From Mobula hypostoma (Eukaryota), in contig NC_086118.1 of assembly GCF_963921235.1 (NCBI RefSeq), forward strand, positions 22,756,001 through 22,820,000: DNA of 64,000 nt. Reading direction: 5' to 3'. The translations under genes were made by a program, and so were the position numbers. Positions 23,476-36,915 of this stretch are shown here, one piece after another; the first letter of the stretch is position 1, and the number at the start of each line of letters is the position of its first letter. The notes under the pieces were generated by a model. It had not been told where the DNA came from, did not search any database, and saw nothing but the letters and a program-made list of their open reading frames with translations.

Positions 23476-24733
23476 AGTTAATTGTAAGGGTCCACAGCAT
23501 AGAAAAAGTTTGGGAACCTCTGCTGGAAAGGCTGCCTGACCTGCTGTTTCCTGCATTTCCATCATAATTTAACAAACAAGGTAACCAGCTGAACAAATTT
23601 AATTTTGCTAAGCTTCCAAAAGTAATTGAGTAGTGAATTTTTAAAGACACCCTTCAGTCAGGAGGTGAATTTGTCACTAATGTAAAACAGATGATAACAG
23701 AGTGACCACCATTTCTAGACTTCTGATATTCTGTAGAATTTAACAGAAAGGAAAATCAGAAGAGTTGTATAACAGGAAATCGATCAGATATCATTCACTT
23801 TGCTATATCATTACTGTCAGTTAAGTTAGTCCCATACCCCAGAAAAGTTATGGGGAGCCCAAGCAAATGGAATAAACAAAAATTCACAAAAGTTTCTGCA
23901 CCTAATCTTTCAATGTTATATTGAGAAGTGAAAGAACCTCTACAGAGACATTTAACCTGGAATATCTAAAGTTGTAAATAAACTGGTTCTCATTTGGATT
24001 AGATTTCAGGAGATCACAAGGATGGATCATGCTGTCTCTTGCCAGCTAGCCATGTTCAGCTAGAGCAAGACCTGAGACGACACAGATTTCAGTGGGGAAT
24101 GTAATGCAAATATTTGGAAGATAAGGGTTGAGACATACAATGACAATGTAGCGTTGCTTTACTTTCATATTTTTGCTTATATTTTAATGTTTTAGCAAAC
24201 AATCTTTTTTAACGAATGGAAGTCTGACACCTTCTATATAATATTGTTAAGCTCCAGAATGAAAACTGAAAATGTTTACGATGTTAAAAAAGTGTTAATT
24301 TTTCAGGTAAAGTATCCTTTGGCAGGGCATCGACAGCATTCTGTTTTTATTTCATCGTCTGCAGTTGATTTATTTAGTTATTTATGTTTTTCAATTGCTA
24401 GTCTCAGGAATGCATCAGGCCAGTGTATGCACAAGGTAGGTGCAGATGTAGGGTTCTTCAGGCAACAATTCCAGGTGGAGGTACCTGGCTCAATGTGCAT
24501 GAAGTGTGTCCACATTTGTGTAATATATCTGTTAGCAGACCCAGTCATTCACAGGTCTGCTGTTCTGCTGTCAAAACAACAGAGCCATATTTAGTGGTGG
24601 CCACAGCAGCCAACTTACAAAACTTGCTTAACTTGCTAAGCTGAACAAGCATTCAGCTAAAAGTGTTCTAACTCTGTTTCCATAATCGTGCTTCTAAAAC
24701 CAAATATTATCTTTAAAAATAATACATATTAAG

Positions 24734-24880
24734 GCAACGCATACAAAAAGCAGGAGGAACTCAGAAGGTAATGTAGCATCAATGGAGGGGAATAAACAAA
24801 TTATTCCCCAACCTGCTGAATTCCTCCTGCATTTTGTGTATGTTGCTCAAAATTTCAAGCATCTGCAGAATTTCTTGTGT
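24734..24880. mobile_element. Miniature inverted Penelope-terminus pair (~150-bp hairpin)
   Basis: gcaacgcatacaaaaagcaggaggaactcag (24734-24764) is an imperfect reverse complement of 24816-24846, which continues into the tail ...catctgcagaatttcttgtgt. Confidence 0.65.
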
Positions 24881-25065
24881 TACATACAATGATAATGTAG
24901 CATTGAAGAAAGATGCACTATACAGGCCAACTAATCATATCTTTTCCCCCTTTTAAAACTCCTGCTTGTCCTCAGACAGTTGGGAGAATCAGACCTTTCA
25001 AATTTCTTAAAAGCTTGATGCAATAGCTCAAAGAAACAAAGAGTCAATGTTATTCCTTTAACGTA

Positions 25066-25600
25066 CACTCAGTGGCTCGTTAATGCAAATATCTAATCAA
25101 CAAATCATGTAGCAGCAACTCAATGCATAAAAGCATGCAGACATGATCACGAGGTTCAGTTGATGTTCAGACCAAAGATCAGAATTTGGGGAGAAATGTG
25201 ATCAAAGTGACTTTGACCATTGAACCATTGTTGGTGTCAGACAGCTTCTCAGAAACTGTTGATCTGCTAGGATTTTTACATACAATAGTCTCTGGAGGGA
25301 GTGGTGTGAAAAACAAAACAAAATAATAATGGTGTGAAAAACAAAATAAAACATGTTAGTGAGCAGCAGTTCTGTGGGCAAAAACACCTTGTCAATGAGA
25401 GAGGTCAGAGGAGAATGGCAAAACTGACTCAAACTGACAGGAAGGCAACAGTAACTCAAATAACCATGTGCTACAACAATAGTGTACAGAAGAACAACTC
25501 TGAATGCACAACACATCAAACCTTGGAGTGAATGGGCCACAGAAGTGTAGAAGATCACACCAGGTTCCACTCTTGTACCTAGTAAAGTGACCACTGAGTG
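25066..25600 (+). mobile_element. Tc1/mariner non-autonomous deletion derivative (N-terminal DNA-binding region only)
   Basis: TA|CACTCAGTGG...CCACTGAGTG|TA termini; encodes QFCGQKHLVNERGQRRMAKLTQTDRKATVTQIT. Confidence 0.85.
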
Positions 25601-25654
25601 TATTTCTAACGACAACGCAATATATGGCAAGAACCATATATTTGGCAGTGTGTT

Positions 25655-27693
25655 GAAAAGCAAGGATAGTAAGGTTGGAGAGAGCCAGCCTTGGATAACC
25701 AAGGAAATAAAAGAAGGCATCAAACTAAAAGCTTGTGCATACAAAGTCGCCAAGAGTAGTAGGAAACTGGAAGATTGGGAAAAGTTTAATAAGCAACAGT
25801 AAAAACCACTAAACGAGCAATAAAGGAAGGGAAGCTAGATTATGAAAATAAACTAGCAAAAAATATAGCAATGGATAGTAAAAGTTTTTATAAGTATATA
25901 AAGTGGAAAAGGGTGGCTAAGGTGAATGTAGGCCCTTGGAGGATGAGAAGGGGAAATTGATAGTGGGTAATGAGGAAATGGCAAAGGCTTTGAATGACTA
26001 TTTTGTGTCAGTCTTCATGGTGGAGGACTCATCTAACATGCCAAAGAGAGATGTTATGGATGCGATGGGAGGTGAGGACCTCGATACAATAGCTATCACT
26101 ACAGAGGTAGTGCTGAGCAAACCTGTGGACTTGAAGATAGTTAAGTCTCCTGGTCCTGATGGAATGCATCCTAGGGTACTGAAAGAAATGGCAGAAGTTA
26201 TAGTAGAGGCTTTGGTGATGATTTAGCAAAATTCTCTGGACTCTGGGCAGGTCTCGGCGGACTGGAAGACAGTGAATGTCACACCACTGTTCAGAAAAGA
26301 ATGTAGGCAAAAGGCAGGTAACTATAGGCCAGTTAGTTTAACATCTGTAGTTGGAAAAATGCTTGAAGCTATCATTAAAGAAGAAATAGTGAGGCATCTG
26401 GAAAGAAATGCATCCATTAGGCAGATGCTACATGGATTCAGCAAAGGAAGGTCCTCATAGACAAACTTACTGGAGTTCTTTGAGGATATAATGAACGCAG
26501 TGGATAGAGGGGGAACAGATGGATGTTATTTACTTGGATTTTCAGAAGGCATTTGATAAGGTGCCACATAAAAGACTTATCCATAAGATAAGGATGTATA
26601 GAGTTGGGGGTGATGTATTAGCATGGATAGAGGATTAGTTAACTAATAGAAAGCATAGAGTTGAGATACGTGGATGTTACTCTGGTTGCCAATCAGTGGA
26701 GAGCAGTGTGCCGCAGGGATCATGCTGGGCCTGCAACTGTTCACAATATACATTAACAATCTGGAAGAGAGGACCTAGTGTAGAGTATCTAAGTTTGCTG
26801 ATGATACTAAATTGAGTGGAAAAGCAAATTGTGCAAAAGATAAAGGGAGTCTGCAGAGAGATATAGATAGGTTAAGTGAGTGGGCAAGGGTCTGGCATAT
26901 GGAGTACAATGTTGGTAAATGTGAGGTCATCCACTCTGGAAGGAAAAATGAAAGATCAGATTATTACTTAAATAGTAAATAACTGCAGCATGCTGCTATA
27001 CAGAGGGACTGGGGAGTGCTTGTGCATAAATCACAAAATACTGGTTTGCAGGTGCATCAGGCTATCAAGAAGGCAAATGGGATGTTGGCCTTCATTGCTA
27101 GAGGGATTGAATTTAAGAGCAGGGAGGTTATGCTGCGACCACACAGGGTACTGGAGTACTGTGTGCAGTTCTGGTCTCCATACTTGACGAAGGATATAAT
27201 GGCTTTGGAGGCAGTGCAGAGGAGGTTCACAGCGATAAGGGGGTTAGACTATGTGGAGAGATTGCGTTGTCTGGGAACGTACTCGCTGGTGTTCAGAAGA
27301 ATGAAAGGAGATCTTATAGAAACATATAAAATTATGCAAGGGATAAAAAAATAGGGGCAGGAAAGTTGTTTCCAATGGTAGGTGAGACTAGGGGACATAG
27401 CCTCAAGATTCAGGGGAGTAGATTTAGGATGGAGATGAGGAGGAACTACTTTTCCCAGAGAGTGGTGAATCTGTGGAATTCTCTGCTCAATTAAGCAGTG
27501 GAGGTTACTTCAGTAAATATATTTAAGACAAGGTTGGATAGATTTTTGCATAGTAGGGGAATTAAGGGTTATGGGGAAAAGGCAGGTAGGTGGAGATGAG
27601 TCCATGGTCAGATCAGCCATGATCTTATTGAATGAGGGAGCAGGTTAAATGAGCCAGATAGCCTATTCCTGCTCCTATTTCTTATGTTCTTAT
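25655..27693 (+). mobile_element. CR1 LINE, ~2 kb 3' portion, decayed
   Basis: PWITKEIK, KSPGPDGMHPRVLKE, NYRPVSLTSVVGKMLE, KFADDTK, LEYCVQFWSPY; tail cttatgttcttat. Confidence 0.92.
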
Positions 27694-28210
27694 AATTTAC
27701 CAATAAAATTCTGCATATTAATATACACATCTATAGAAGAGATCAGAAAGCTGAGTGTATTTATAAAGATGGCTTATGTTTAATATTGTAACTTAGTATA
27801 TTTGAATTGTCTTGTTCGTAAAGATCATTCATCTTAAAGATTGCATTGGCATAGAGAAGAAATTGGAATTTTCTCCTTTTATAGAAATAGCAAATAGTTC
27901 AGAATTACATGAACTGACCATGTCATTTCTGACTGCAAAAGAGACATGGGAATTTGAGAGAATCTTGTGTGCATTAATAAATTAGAGGTATGCCTACAGT
28001 TAAATGTAAATTAAACACTGTTAAGTTGCAATCATCCCGCGATAAATACATACTATATTTAAAATGTTAAAGTAGAATGCCCTGGCTAGAGACAAAACAC
28101 TTTAAAAACCTATTAGATTAATTTAGCTGAGATGTTCATCTCTACTTCAATTACCCAAAAACTGTCCATTGGTTCAACAGAGATCTTTCCTTCAAGAATA
28201 TGTTAGAACT

Positions 28211-28229
28211 TAGCGCCCTCTAGAGTCAG
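28211..28229 (-). promoter_or_regulatory. Candidate CTCF site
   Basis: Minus strand reads ctgACTCTAGAGGGCGCTA, close to the consensus CCACTAGAGGGCGCTA, in non-repeat intronic DNA with the CpG retained. Confidence 0.4.
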
Positions 28230-28421
28230 CTGCGACATCTCTGGGCAGATCAAGAGGCAAGGAATCAGTTTAACCAATCAAATTACAGAATCCTCACAAG
28301 TGAGTATATACAGAAAGCAATGTTATAATGTTATGTTGGGCTAACTGCCCAGTCTTCAGACCATGTCTAAACTATAGGTTATAGAATTAAGGATAGCTAT
28401 GTTTTCCTCTGGAGGTCAAAC

Positions 28422-28690
28422 TTATTTATTTATTTAGAGTTACAGCGTGGAAAAGGCCCTTCTGGCCCTTCAAGCTGCATGGCCCAGCAACCCCTGACAA
28501 CTCTGATTTAACCCTAACCTAATCACTGGACAATTTAAAGTGACCAATTAACCTACCTATTTGGACTGTGGGGGGAGAACTGGAGCACTCAGAGAAAATG
28601 CAGGCATTCCACAGGGACAATACACAGACTCCATACAGAGCAAGATGCTCCAAACTGTAATAGCGTCATTCTAATGCTACGCTACCATGG
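28422..28690 (-). mobile_element. V-domain SINE copy
   Basis: Reverse complement of the 21170-21370 body (gaccaattaacctac, ttggactgtggg); (ttta)n tail; head catggtagcgtagc. Confidence 0.7.
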
Positions 28691-30419
28691 TACCAAAATT
28701 GTATGAATGCTAAAAATGTTTCTTTTTATCTGTAAAACTTAACAAGCATGAAATCTCATTCATCAGAAGAGAATTAATTTCCAAATTTAATCATATATAC
28801 TTTGTGTTTGTCTCCCTTAATGACATGTCAATATTTTAATTTATTTCATTTTCTTTGGAGTCATTTAAATGTTTTATTTTACTTTACACATTGCTGGCAA
28901 CTTGGCTTCATGAGGCAACATCTATGTAAATAGAAACAGAGTCCGCTTTCAGGTTGCAGATTCTACATGATAAAGTTTGCTGAGAACTTTTCATAGATCC
29001 TGCCACACAAAGCCATATGTGCGTTGTGTGCAAAGCAGTAAGTAAAATATAATAATATAAATAATGTTTAAATTATGCCAAAGAAAGTAAAATAAAGATT
29101 AGAATATAGTTGTGGTATTAAAGGAGACAATTCTAAAAGGATAACAGGAGGACTTTTTTTTCTTGTGACTATATTTTTCTGTTATCTTATATGTGCTGTA
29201 TGTGCTTTCTGCTGCGTCTTGTACCTTGGCTCTGGAGTAATGCTGTTTCATTTGGCTGTATTATGGGTATTCATGTATAGCTGAACAATAATTAAGCTTC
29301 AACTTAAAAAAGTTATACTGAATAAAAATACTACTTAAAATGCTAATTAATTATCTTCTGAGAAATGTATTTCTATGTCTGTAAAGTTAAGCTTTCAGGA
29401 CCAGAGTTTTCGTTCAGCAATATATTTCACAGATTACACTGAAGAAAGCAATACTTGTTCTACAATGTATACATCTTAGTCAATTAGCTCACCTTATGGC
29501 ATTAATTTCTCTGCATATTCTGTAGCTGAAAATTGAAACAGTGCATCTTGCGGAGAAGCAAAGTACCAATGGCATCAGCTTCCAGATACCTATGTTTTAT
29601 GACACCTGTCCAGATGCCAGCAATGCACGTGCTGATGACACAAGCAGTTGTCACTTTTATCCCAATGCAATAATGAATTGGTACTGACAACTCCGTTGTT
29701 ATTTGTGTATTAAAGTCCAGTTCATTTTATCTCACCATGGGTTCTAAGATGCAAATACCTTCGTATGCTCTACCATTGTTTAGTTACTAATTAACTTGTA
29801 GATGAATTGATGGTTATTGACGCACACACAGTTCTTGGAAGAATGATACTGATAAAATGGAAAGGGCAGGGCTTGGCCATGAAAAGCTATTTTTCACATA
29901 CTGAATTTTAAAAAAGACTTGTTCTGGATCTTCATGAACTGTACAAACAAGCTTGTTTTCTTTGTTTGGGTTTCAATTTAAATTACAAATATGCACATCT
30001 GGTTTGGCTGAATCAGAAAAGCAACTACTTTTCTCCAAAATGGAACAGGCGAACCACAAACCACAGTGCTCTGAACTTTGCATGTGCCTTTCCATCTCCA
30101 CGTATATTTATCCATTCCACAGCTGGTTCTGCTTCATATTTCAATATTACTTGCAAAACATTCTAAACTTAGGAACATGATAGGGCTAAAATCATTTAGT
30201 TGCTGTAGTTTTTGCTGTTTGCTGTCATTGCGATAGTACACTTAGTTCTGAATAGGTGTTAACCATGTAGTACAAACACAAAAAGTTTTTTTCTTGATAA
30301 CAAAATTCAGCACAACCTAAAGTATACTCAGTGGTTGCTCCTGCACCTAATAAAATGGCCACTGAGTGTACTTCTGTGGTCTTCTGCTACTATAACCCAT
30401 CCACTTCAAGGTTCAACAT

Positions 30420-30783
30420 GTTATTTATATACACACATTCTTTCTCTCTCTCTCTCCTTTTTCTCCCTCTGTCCCCCTCACTATACCCCTTGCCCATCCT
30501 CTGGGTCCCCCCCCCCCTTTCCTTCTCCCTTGGCCTCCTGTCCCATGATCCCCTCATATCCCTTTTGCCAATCAACTGTCCAGCTCTTGGCTCCATCCCT
30601 CCCCCTCCTGTCTTCTCCTATCATTTTGGATCTCACCCTTCCCCTCCCACTTTCAAATCCCTTACTAGCTCTTCCTTCAGTTAGTCCTGACGAGGGTCTT
30701 GGCCCGAAACGTCGACTGTACTTCTCCCTAGAGATGCTGCCTGGCCTGCTGCGTTCACCAGCAACTTTGATGTGTGTTGCTTG
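30420..30783 (+). mobile_element. Penelope-like terminal repeat nested in the Tc1 derivative
   Basis: Near-identical to 61965-62331; interrupts the Tc1 sequence at gttcaacatg...tatatttagag. Confidence 0.85.
30682..30718 (+). ncRNA. Minimal type I hammerhead ribozyme motif with canonical core spacing
   Basis: tagtc-CTGACGA-gggt(cttg)gccc-GAAA-C-GTC-gactg. Confidence 0.7.
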
Positions 30784-32390
30784 TATATTTAGAGTTGCTC
30801 TTCTGCACACCACTGTTGTAATGTGTCATTACTTGAGTTACTGTTGCCTTCTTGTCAGCTTGAACCAGTCTGGCCACTCTCCTCTGATCTCTCTCATTGA
30901 CAAGGTGTTTTCCCTCACAGATCTGTCACCCACTGGATTTTACTTTTGTTTTTCGCACCATTCTCTGTAAACTCTAGAGACCGTTGTGTGTGAAAACCCC
31001 AGGAGACCAGCACTTTCTGAAATACTTAAACCACTGCTTCTGGAACCAACAATCATTCTAAGGCCCAAGTCACTTAGATTACATTTCTTCCCCCATTCTG
31101 ATGCTTGGTCTGAATAACAACCAAATCTGTTGACCATGTCTGCATGCTTCTATGCTTTGAGGTGATGCCACATGATTGGCTGATTCAATATTGGCATTAA
31201 CGAGCAGATATACAGGTGTACCGAATAAAGTGGTCACAGGGTATATTCGAAACCCAATAGCATAATTCATGATTTACACAGTAAAGTCAAAATAAACTAC
31301 ATCATACTGATATCATACACCTACATATATTTACGTATGTTGCTTCAATAATACTTAATAAATACTAGAAATGCGTAAAATTAGAAGACCGATTGCATAT
31401 CCTCTTTCACCATGCATACTCACAAGCCAAGGCTCTTATTACACTACAACAGAAGTAGATATTGTTTCTTCTTAAACTTGTTTTCAAAGCTCTAATTGCC
31501 TCTATTTGAAATGATTGACCTGTCTGAAGAGAAAATCTTTTGCTCCCTTCCTCCACCCCAACCCCCACTTCATATACAGACTACCTCCAATGAGAGCTAC
31601 CCATTTACACCCATACAGTGAAATTAATTTTGGTTGGTAACATAAAAGGGGTGAAGATAGATCAATGTCTTTTCCCGTTAGCTATTGTTCACTTTGTGCA
31701 GCTGCCCAGGACGGTATTGTCCATGTTGCTTCATAACAATTCAATCACACTTATTCAGAAATGGACCATGTAATAAGCCCTGAGATATTTTGTTATGGAA
31801 GTTTTTTTCTTTTGAAAACTGTGATAGCTGTTAAAATAGAACAGTGAATTAATGAAGATGCTAAAAATATAGGCAGATTGATAGCAATCACCATGTTGGA
31901 AGCAGTACATATTGTTTGTCACAATGAAGGAACTAGCTCTAGATGTGGTTTCTTCAATGCCCAATGTAAAAACAAAATCAAGATTTCACCTCCTGTGATC
32001 CAGAGCACAGACTAAAGTGCCATGCTTCTAGCCTAAGGAGGAACAGCTTATGAAAGAAGACACAGTGAAAACAGAAATTATTAATTTCTTTGTTCAGAGC
32101 AATATGTATATATGATGATTTCCCACATCTTACAATATTTATGAAATCCTGGCCCTAACTGACTGTGTACAAAAAAAAATGTCCAATCTCAGAGTAACGT
32201 CAGATTGAATACACTGGGAAAGCAGTTTTGAAAAACTTCAAAATGTTTTCAACAGCTCCCAGATTTCAAAACGAAACAGCATTGAATGAGGTTTTACAGT
32301 AGGTTCTTTTTAAGGAGAGCCAGAGAAATTGGTGTGAATTATTGAAAATTTAAAATAGTTAAAGTGTGACTCATTTCATCCATTATATTA

Positions 32391-32633
32391 TGGGGTGGCA
32401 TGGTTGCACGATACAGATGACCTGGGTTCAGCTCCTGCCACTGGCTGTAAGGAGTTTGTATGTTTCCCCCCCCCCTCCCCCCGTGACCGTGTGGGTTTCT
32501 TCCCACCAGTTGGTGGGTAAATGGTCATTGTAATTTGTCCTGTGATCAGGCTAGGATTAAATCCTAGCAGCATGCTGGGTTGTGTGGCTCAAAGGGCCAG
32601 AAGGGCCTATTCCACACTGTATCTCAATAAATA
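32391..32633 (+). mobile_element. V-domain SINE copy (partly deleted)
   Basis: gggttcagctcc B-box-like; taaggagtttgtatgtt; ggtcattgtaatttgtcctgtgat; ends ctcaataaata. Confidence 0.7.
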
Positions 32634-35600
32634 TACGAGCATCAGAAATCTTTTCACTGATTAGATTTGGAAAGAATACAAGATTCTGGATTTAGCAATT
32701 AGTTGCCTCCCTCACAGATTGCAGACAGTTGGGAGTTTCAGATACAACAAGATGGAGGAAGTTGGGGCAAGTACTTCAGTTTCCCCTTTTACGCTGATAC
32801 CTGTTGCCTCAAATTAGGAAAAAAAACCTACAATCAAAATTATTGCTGGTATGGCACGTGAAAAAAAACAAGATAACTTGAAGTCAGTTGACAGGAAATA
32901 TATACCCGCAACAACTTTTTTTGATAGAAACTTCATTTGACTTCCTAAAGTGATGAGGTTTGAGGAGTTAAAGCCAAACATAGTCTTAAGATTAAATAGA
33001 GTTAGAGACAAGCACTAATTGAATAAAAGATGCCCTGATGCTACTGAAATTCTATGTGTAATGGCAAAGATTTTATTCTTAATTAAATGCAAAAGGTTGA
33101 TGTAAATCTACTTAAAGTAAACTTATACAGCCTACTGCAATCATTGAACAAGCAAAATAGATTTACTCAGAGTATAGATTATAGACTGAGAGCAAAGCAA
33201 CACAAAATTGTGATGCTGAAACTCCATTGCTGATCAGAGGTGATGCAATTACAAGCTGAGTTAAGGAGTTATCAGTTTAAATTGGTTAACTGAAAATGTA
33301 GGCAAAAATGGGAAGCAAAATCTTTTAAGTTGGGAACTTTTCTGCAAATATTATATAGATACTAAATAAATGTAAATTAGGAAAAAAGTGATAGATGGTT
33401 GAACGCTAAAATAAAAGCTTTCATACAATTATTAAATAAAATCTTTTTACTGCTTTCATGGCAAAAGGAGGCGATATAAGTTACAATCCTCTAAGATTAC
33501 TGTCATTGATCTGAATAAAACTGAATGATGGACTCAAGATAGGTGACCATATAAAGACACACACACAAACACACAGCTCTAGAAGTGAAACTGGTAGATC
33601 AACAGCTTTTACAACTACTTTCTAACAGTAAATGTAATTAATTTCAACAGCTGTGAACTGTTTTGAAGAATATTGTTAATACAGAACTAATAAATTAATT
33701 AAATATGTCAGTTCAAAAATTATGATATTGAAGTTACCCAAGAATAATGTAAACAATGGCTTGTTTCTGGCAAAGCAGAGGGGTTCTGAAATTAGGGGAC
33801 AAATGTTCTGGATCTTCCAGCCACTTCTTACATCAAGAATAATGTGAGTTCTTGGATTCAATGAAAGCTCCCGTATTTCATTCTGTAGCCCATTCTAGCA
33901 ATAACTTTAACCACCAGGCTGAAGGTGCAGTAAAAGCAGTTATTTCTTTCACTCTTCTGACTCATAACCAACATGTCCATATACTGTTATAAATATCCTG
34001 GCTACCGAAAGAAATTAAAGGAGAGGCAACTGAAAAAAAAACGGTATTTCAATTCTCTGAGAGGTCTTCTCACATAATTTCTCTTACTCCATTTATCATC
34101 ATGAAACGCAACTCAAATTGGAACATTTTCCAAACAACAAATTTTAGATCAGGTTCAACTTTCCTACAAGTTCTTACAGTTTCAAGCAACATACCTCATT
34201 TAATGCATTCCAAACTTTTTGAGGGCGGACCTAAACTTTCAAGATATTTGATTCATGCTCATTTAGGCAAAATTAGGCATTTTCAATACAGAAAAATAGG
34301 AAATATATAAACAAGAAATATTTTGTATAATATTATTGAATTAGTAAATAGAGTCTTGTATGTAACATATATCAATCATGCCAATACAGAATATACAGAC
34401 ATCAAAGAATAAAATTACAGGTAAAGATAGACACTTTAATTTACTTTGTACTGTATTAATGACCATGCATGGTGAACTACATCCATGATCGCACCTCCAC
34501 TGTTTACAGGCATAAATATGCAAATTACAAGTAATATTAAACTTTTCACCTAAGATAATGTTCATCACAGCTACTCCAAAAATTAGGGGCGCATAAATTT
34601 TGTTTTAACAAATATATTTCATTTTTTAATTAATGAAATAATCATCAATATGTTGTTGTTTAATAAGTGTTGGTGACATTATTAATGAAGTGTTAGAAGA
34701 ATTATGACATTTAGCGTTTGTAGGGTCTGAATTTACTTCAGTAAAAGAAATCTTTGCTTCAAGAACCTCAAGTCTCGGAGTGTGAATTCAACTCATTTTG
34801 ATCGTAGTTCCTTCATGTTAAATTGTTTTGATATGAACCATAACATTACCCTGCCTAAACTAATCTTACCGCTCTACCTACTGAATTATTGCCAGTAATA
34901 TACTTCTAATCTACTCAAAGGTCAGCCAAGTTGCTGCTGTTTGTTGCTTTGTTGGCTGATTTAAGAGATAAAGGTGCTGCTAAGTTTATGCACCGGGAGA
35001 GCGAACACCAAATTCCCTATAATTCTTACTCTCAAATAACCAGACTGACTGAAATTAAATGCAAATGATTGGCAATTCGTTCAAAGTTAGTTATGTGTTC
35101 CCTTTGATTAGAGATACTTTTAAGATAATCTATAATATATATATTATATATATTAAAAATCACGTGAAAGGAAACGGCTAGTAACTGGCGGCGGCCTTAC
35201 GGCAATGAGATGAAATCCTGAAATTTAAAACAAAACTCAAAAGAACTAGTGTGAGTTTTAATGGAACACCCACATTCTGCGCTCTGAAAACCAGCCACTT
35301 TTTCTTCAACAGCCCAAGTGAAAACAACTTACTAAAAAGCAACTGCTGCTTAAAATACACATTCTGTAATAGGAACGCATATCATTCACGCCATCCCACC
35401 TCAACTCGCCTCTAACCAATTTAGTTTCCCGCAACAGTGGCAATATTTTTGTAATATCTGTCAAAACGATCTGTCTGTATATTTTTCTCTGCCCATAGCC
35501 AGCCCTTAGTGGTCCAAGACACACAAAACAAACCAACTGGATGCAGTATATTCTGGAAGTTGACGCATGGTGCGCAAGTGAAAAGGAAAACAGCCTTTCA

Positions 35601-35913
35601 TATTAACAGAAATGTGAAACCTTCTTAAATCCGCAAAGCTTTTGATACAAAGGCAATTAAAACGTGAGGAGAAAATGCAACGAGCACGCAGTATTATGCA
35701 CGACTTTCAACCAAATTTGTGTCGTGGCGCAAACATTATATTGCAGCAACGTGGGCATTAAGGAAGTATTTTTGTTTATAAGTATGTTCTACTCTGGAGG
35801 TTAATTGCTCGTGAATGTTTGTCAGTCGGGAGATTTAGATCAACAAGTGATTGCTAATGATAAACCGGCTTAGAGCATTTTGTTTAAGGTCTGTCTGGTA
35901 TGATTTGCCTTTA

Positions 35914-36480
<567 letters not shown>

Positions 36481-36789
36481 CTAAGCTGACATACTCCAAT
36501 CTAGTCATGTATCAGCTTTGAAGAAATATTTTATTGATGTGTGTATGTATATGTGTGAATATAGATGTATCCGATCATTTAATATGTTTGATACTGTCAA
36601 TAAAATAGGTGCCCCGGTTCTTTTTATATCCTCTTAGTTTCGCGGCTCCGATCTTCAGCCGCTCGCCACTCTACGCGCTGGTGCATTTTCCACCGTGCTC
36701 ACCCTGCGCGCTGTCACGGCGCATTGCTTTCCTCGCTTTGATTCATCCCCACTTTCCGCCACATGTGTACAAATGTAGCAAAACTTCTC

Positions 36790-36915
36790 CAGCCCCACGC
36801 GTGACAGGCACCCGGCACAGCCAATGAACAACTCCGCTCCAGCGCCGGCTCTGTCCCAATGCGAAGGCAGGTTGAATCTGTTGCCCAATCAAAGATGGGC
36901 GTGGGGGCGGATCTA
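36790..36915 (-). promoter_or_regulatory. Candidate TATA-less promoter of HS3ST3A1-like gene: three CCAAT boxes plus a GC box
   Basis: CCAAT at 36821-36825, 36856-36860 and 36885-36889; GGGGCGG at 36904-36910; CACGCGTG palindrome at 36796-36803; CpG-rich; about 350-470 bp upstream of the ATG. Confidence 0.55.

Larger units (their letters stand above)
30325..31243 (-). mobile_element. Tc1/mariner non-autonomous derivative, same family as 25066-25600
   Basis: GKKCNLSDLGLRMIVGSRSSGLSISESAGLLGFSHTTVSRVYREWCEKQK (Tc1-type HTH, ORF 30940..31137); degenerate TIRs flanked by TA. Confidence 0.85.
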
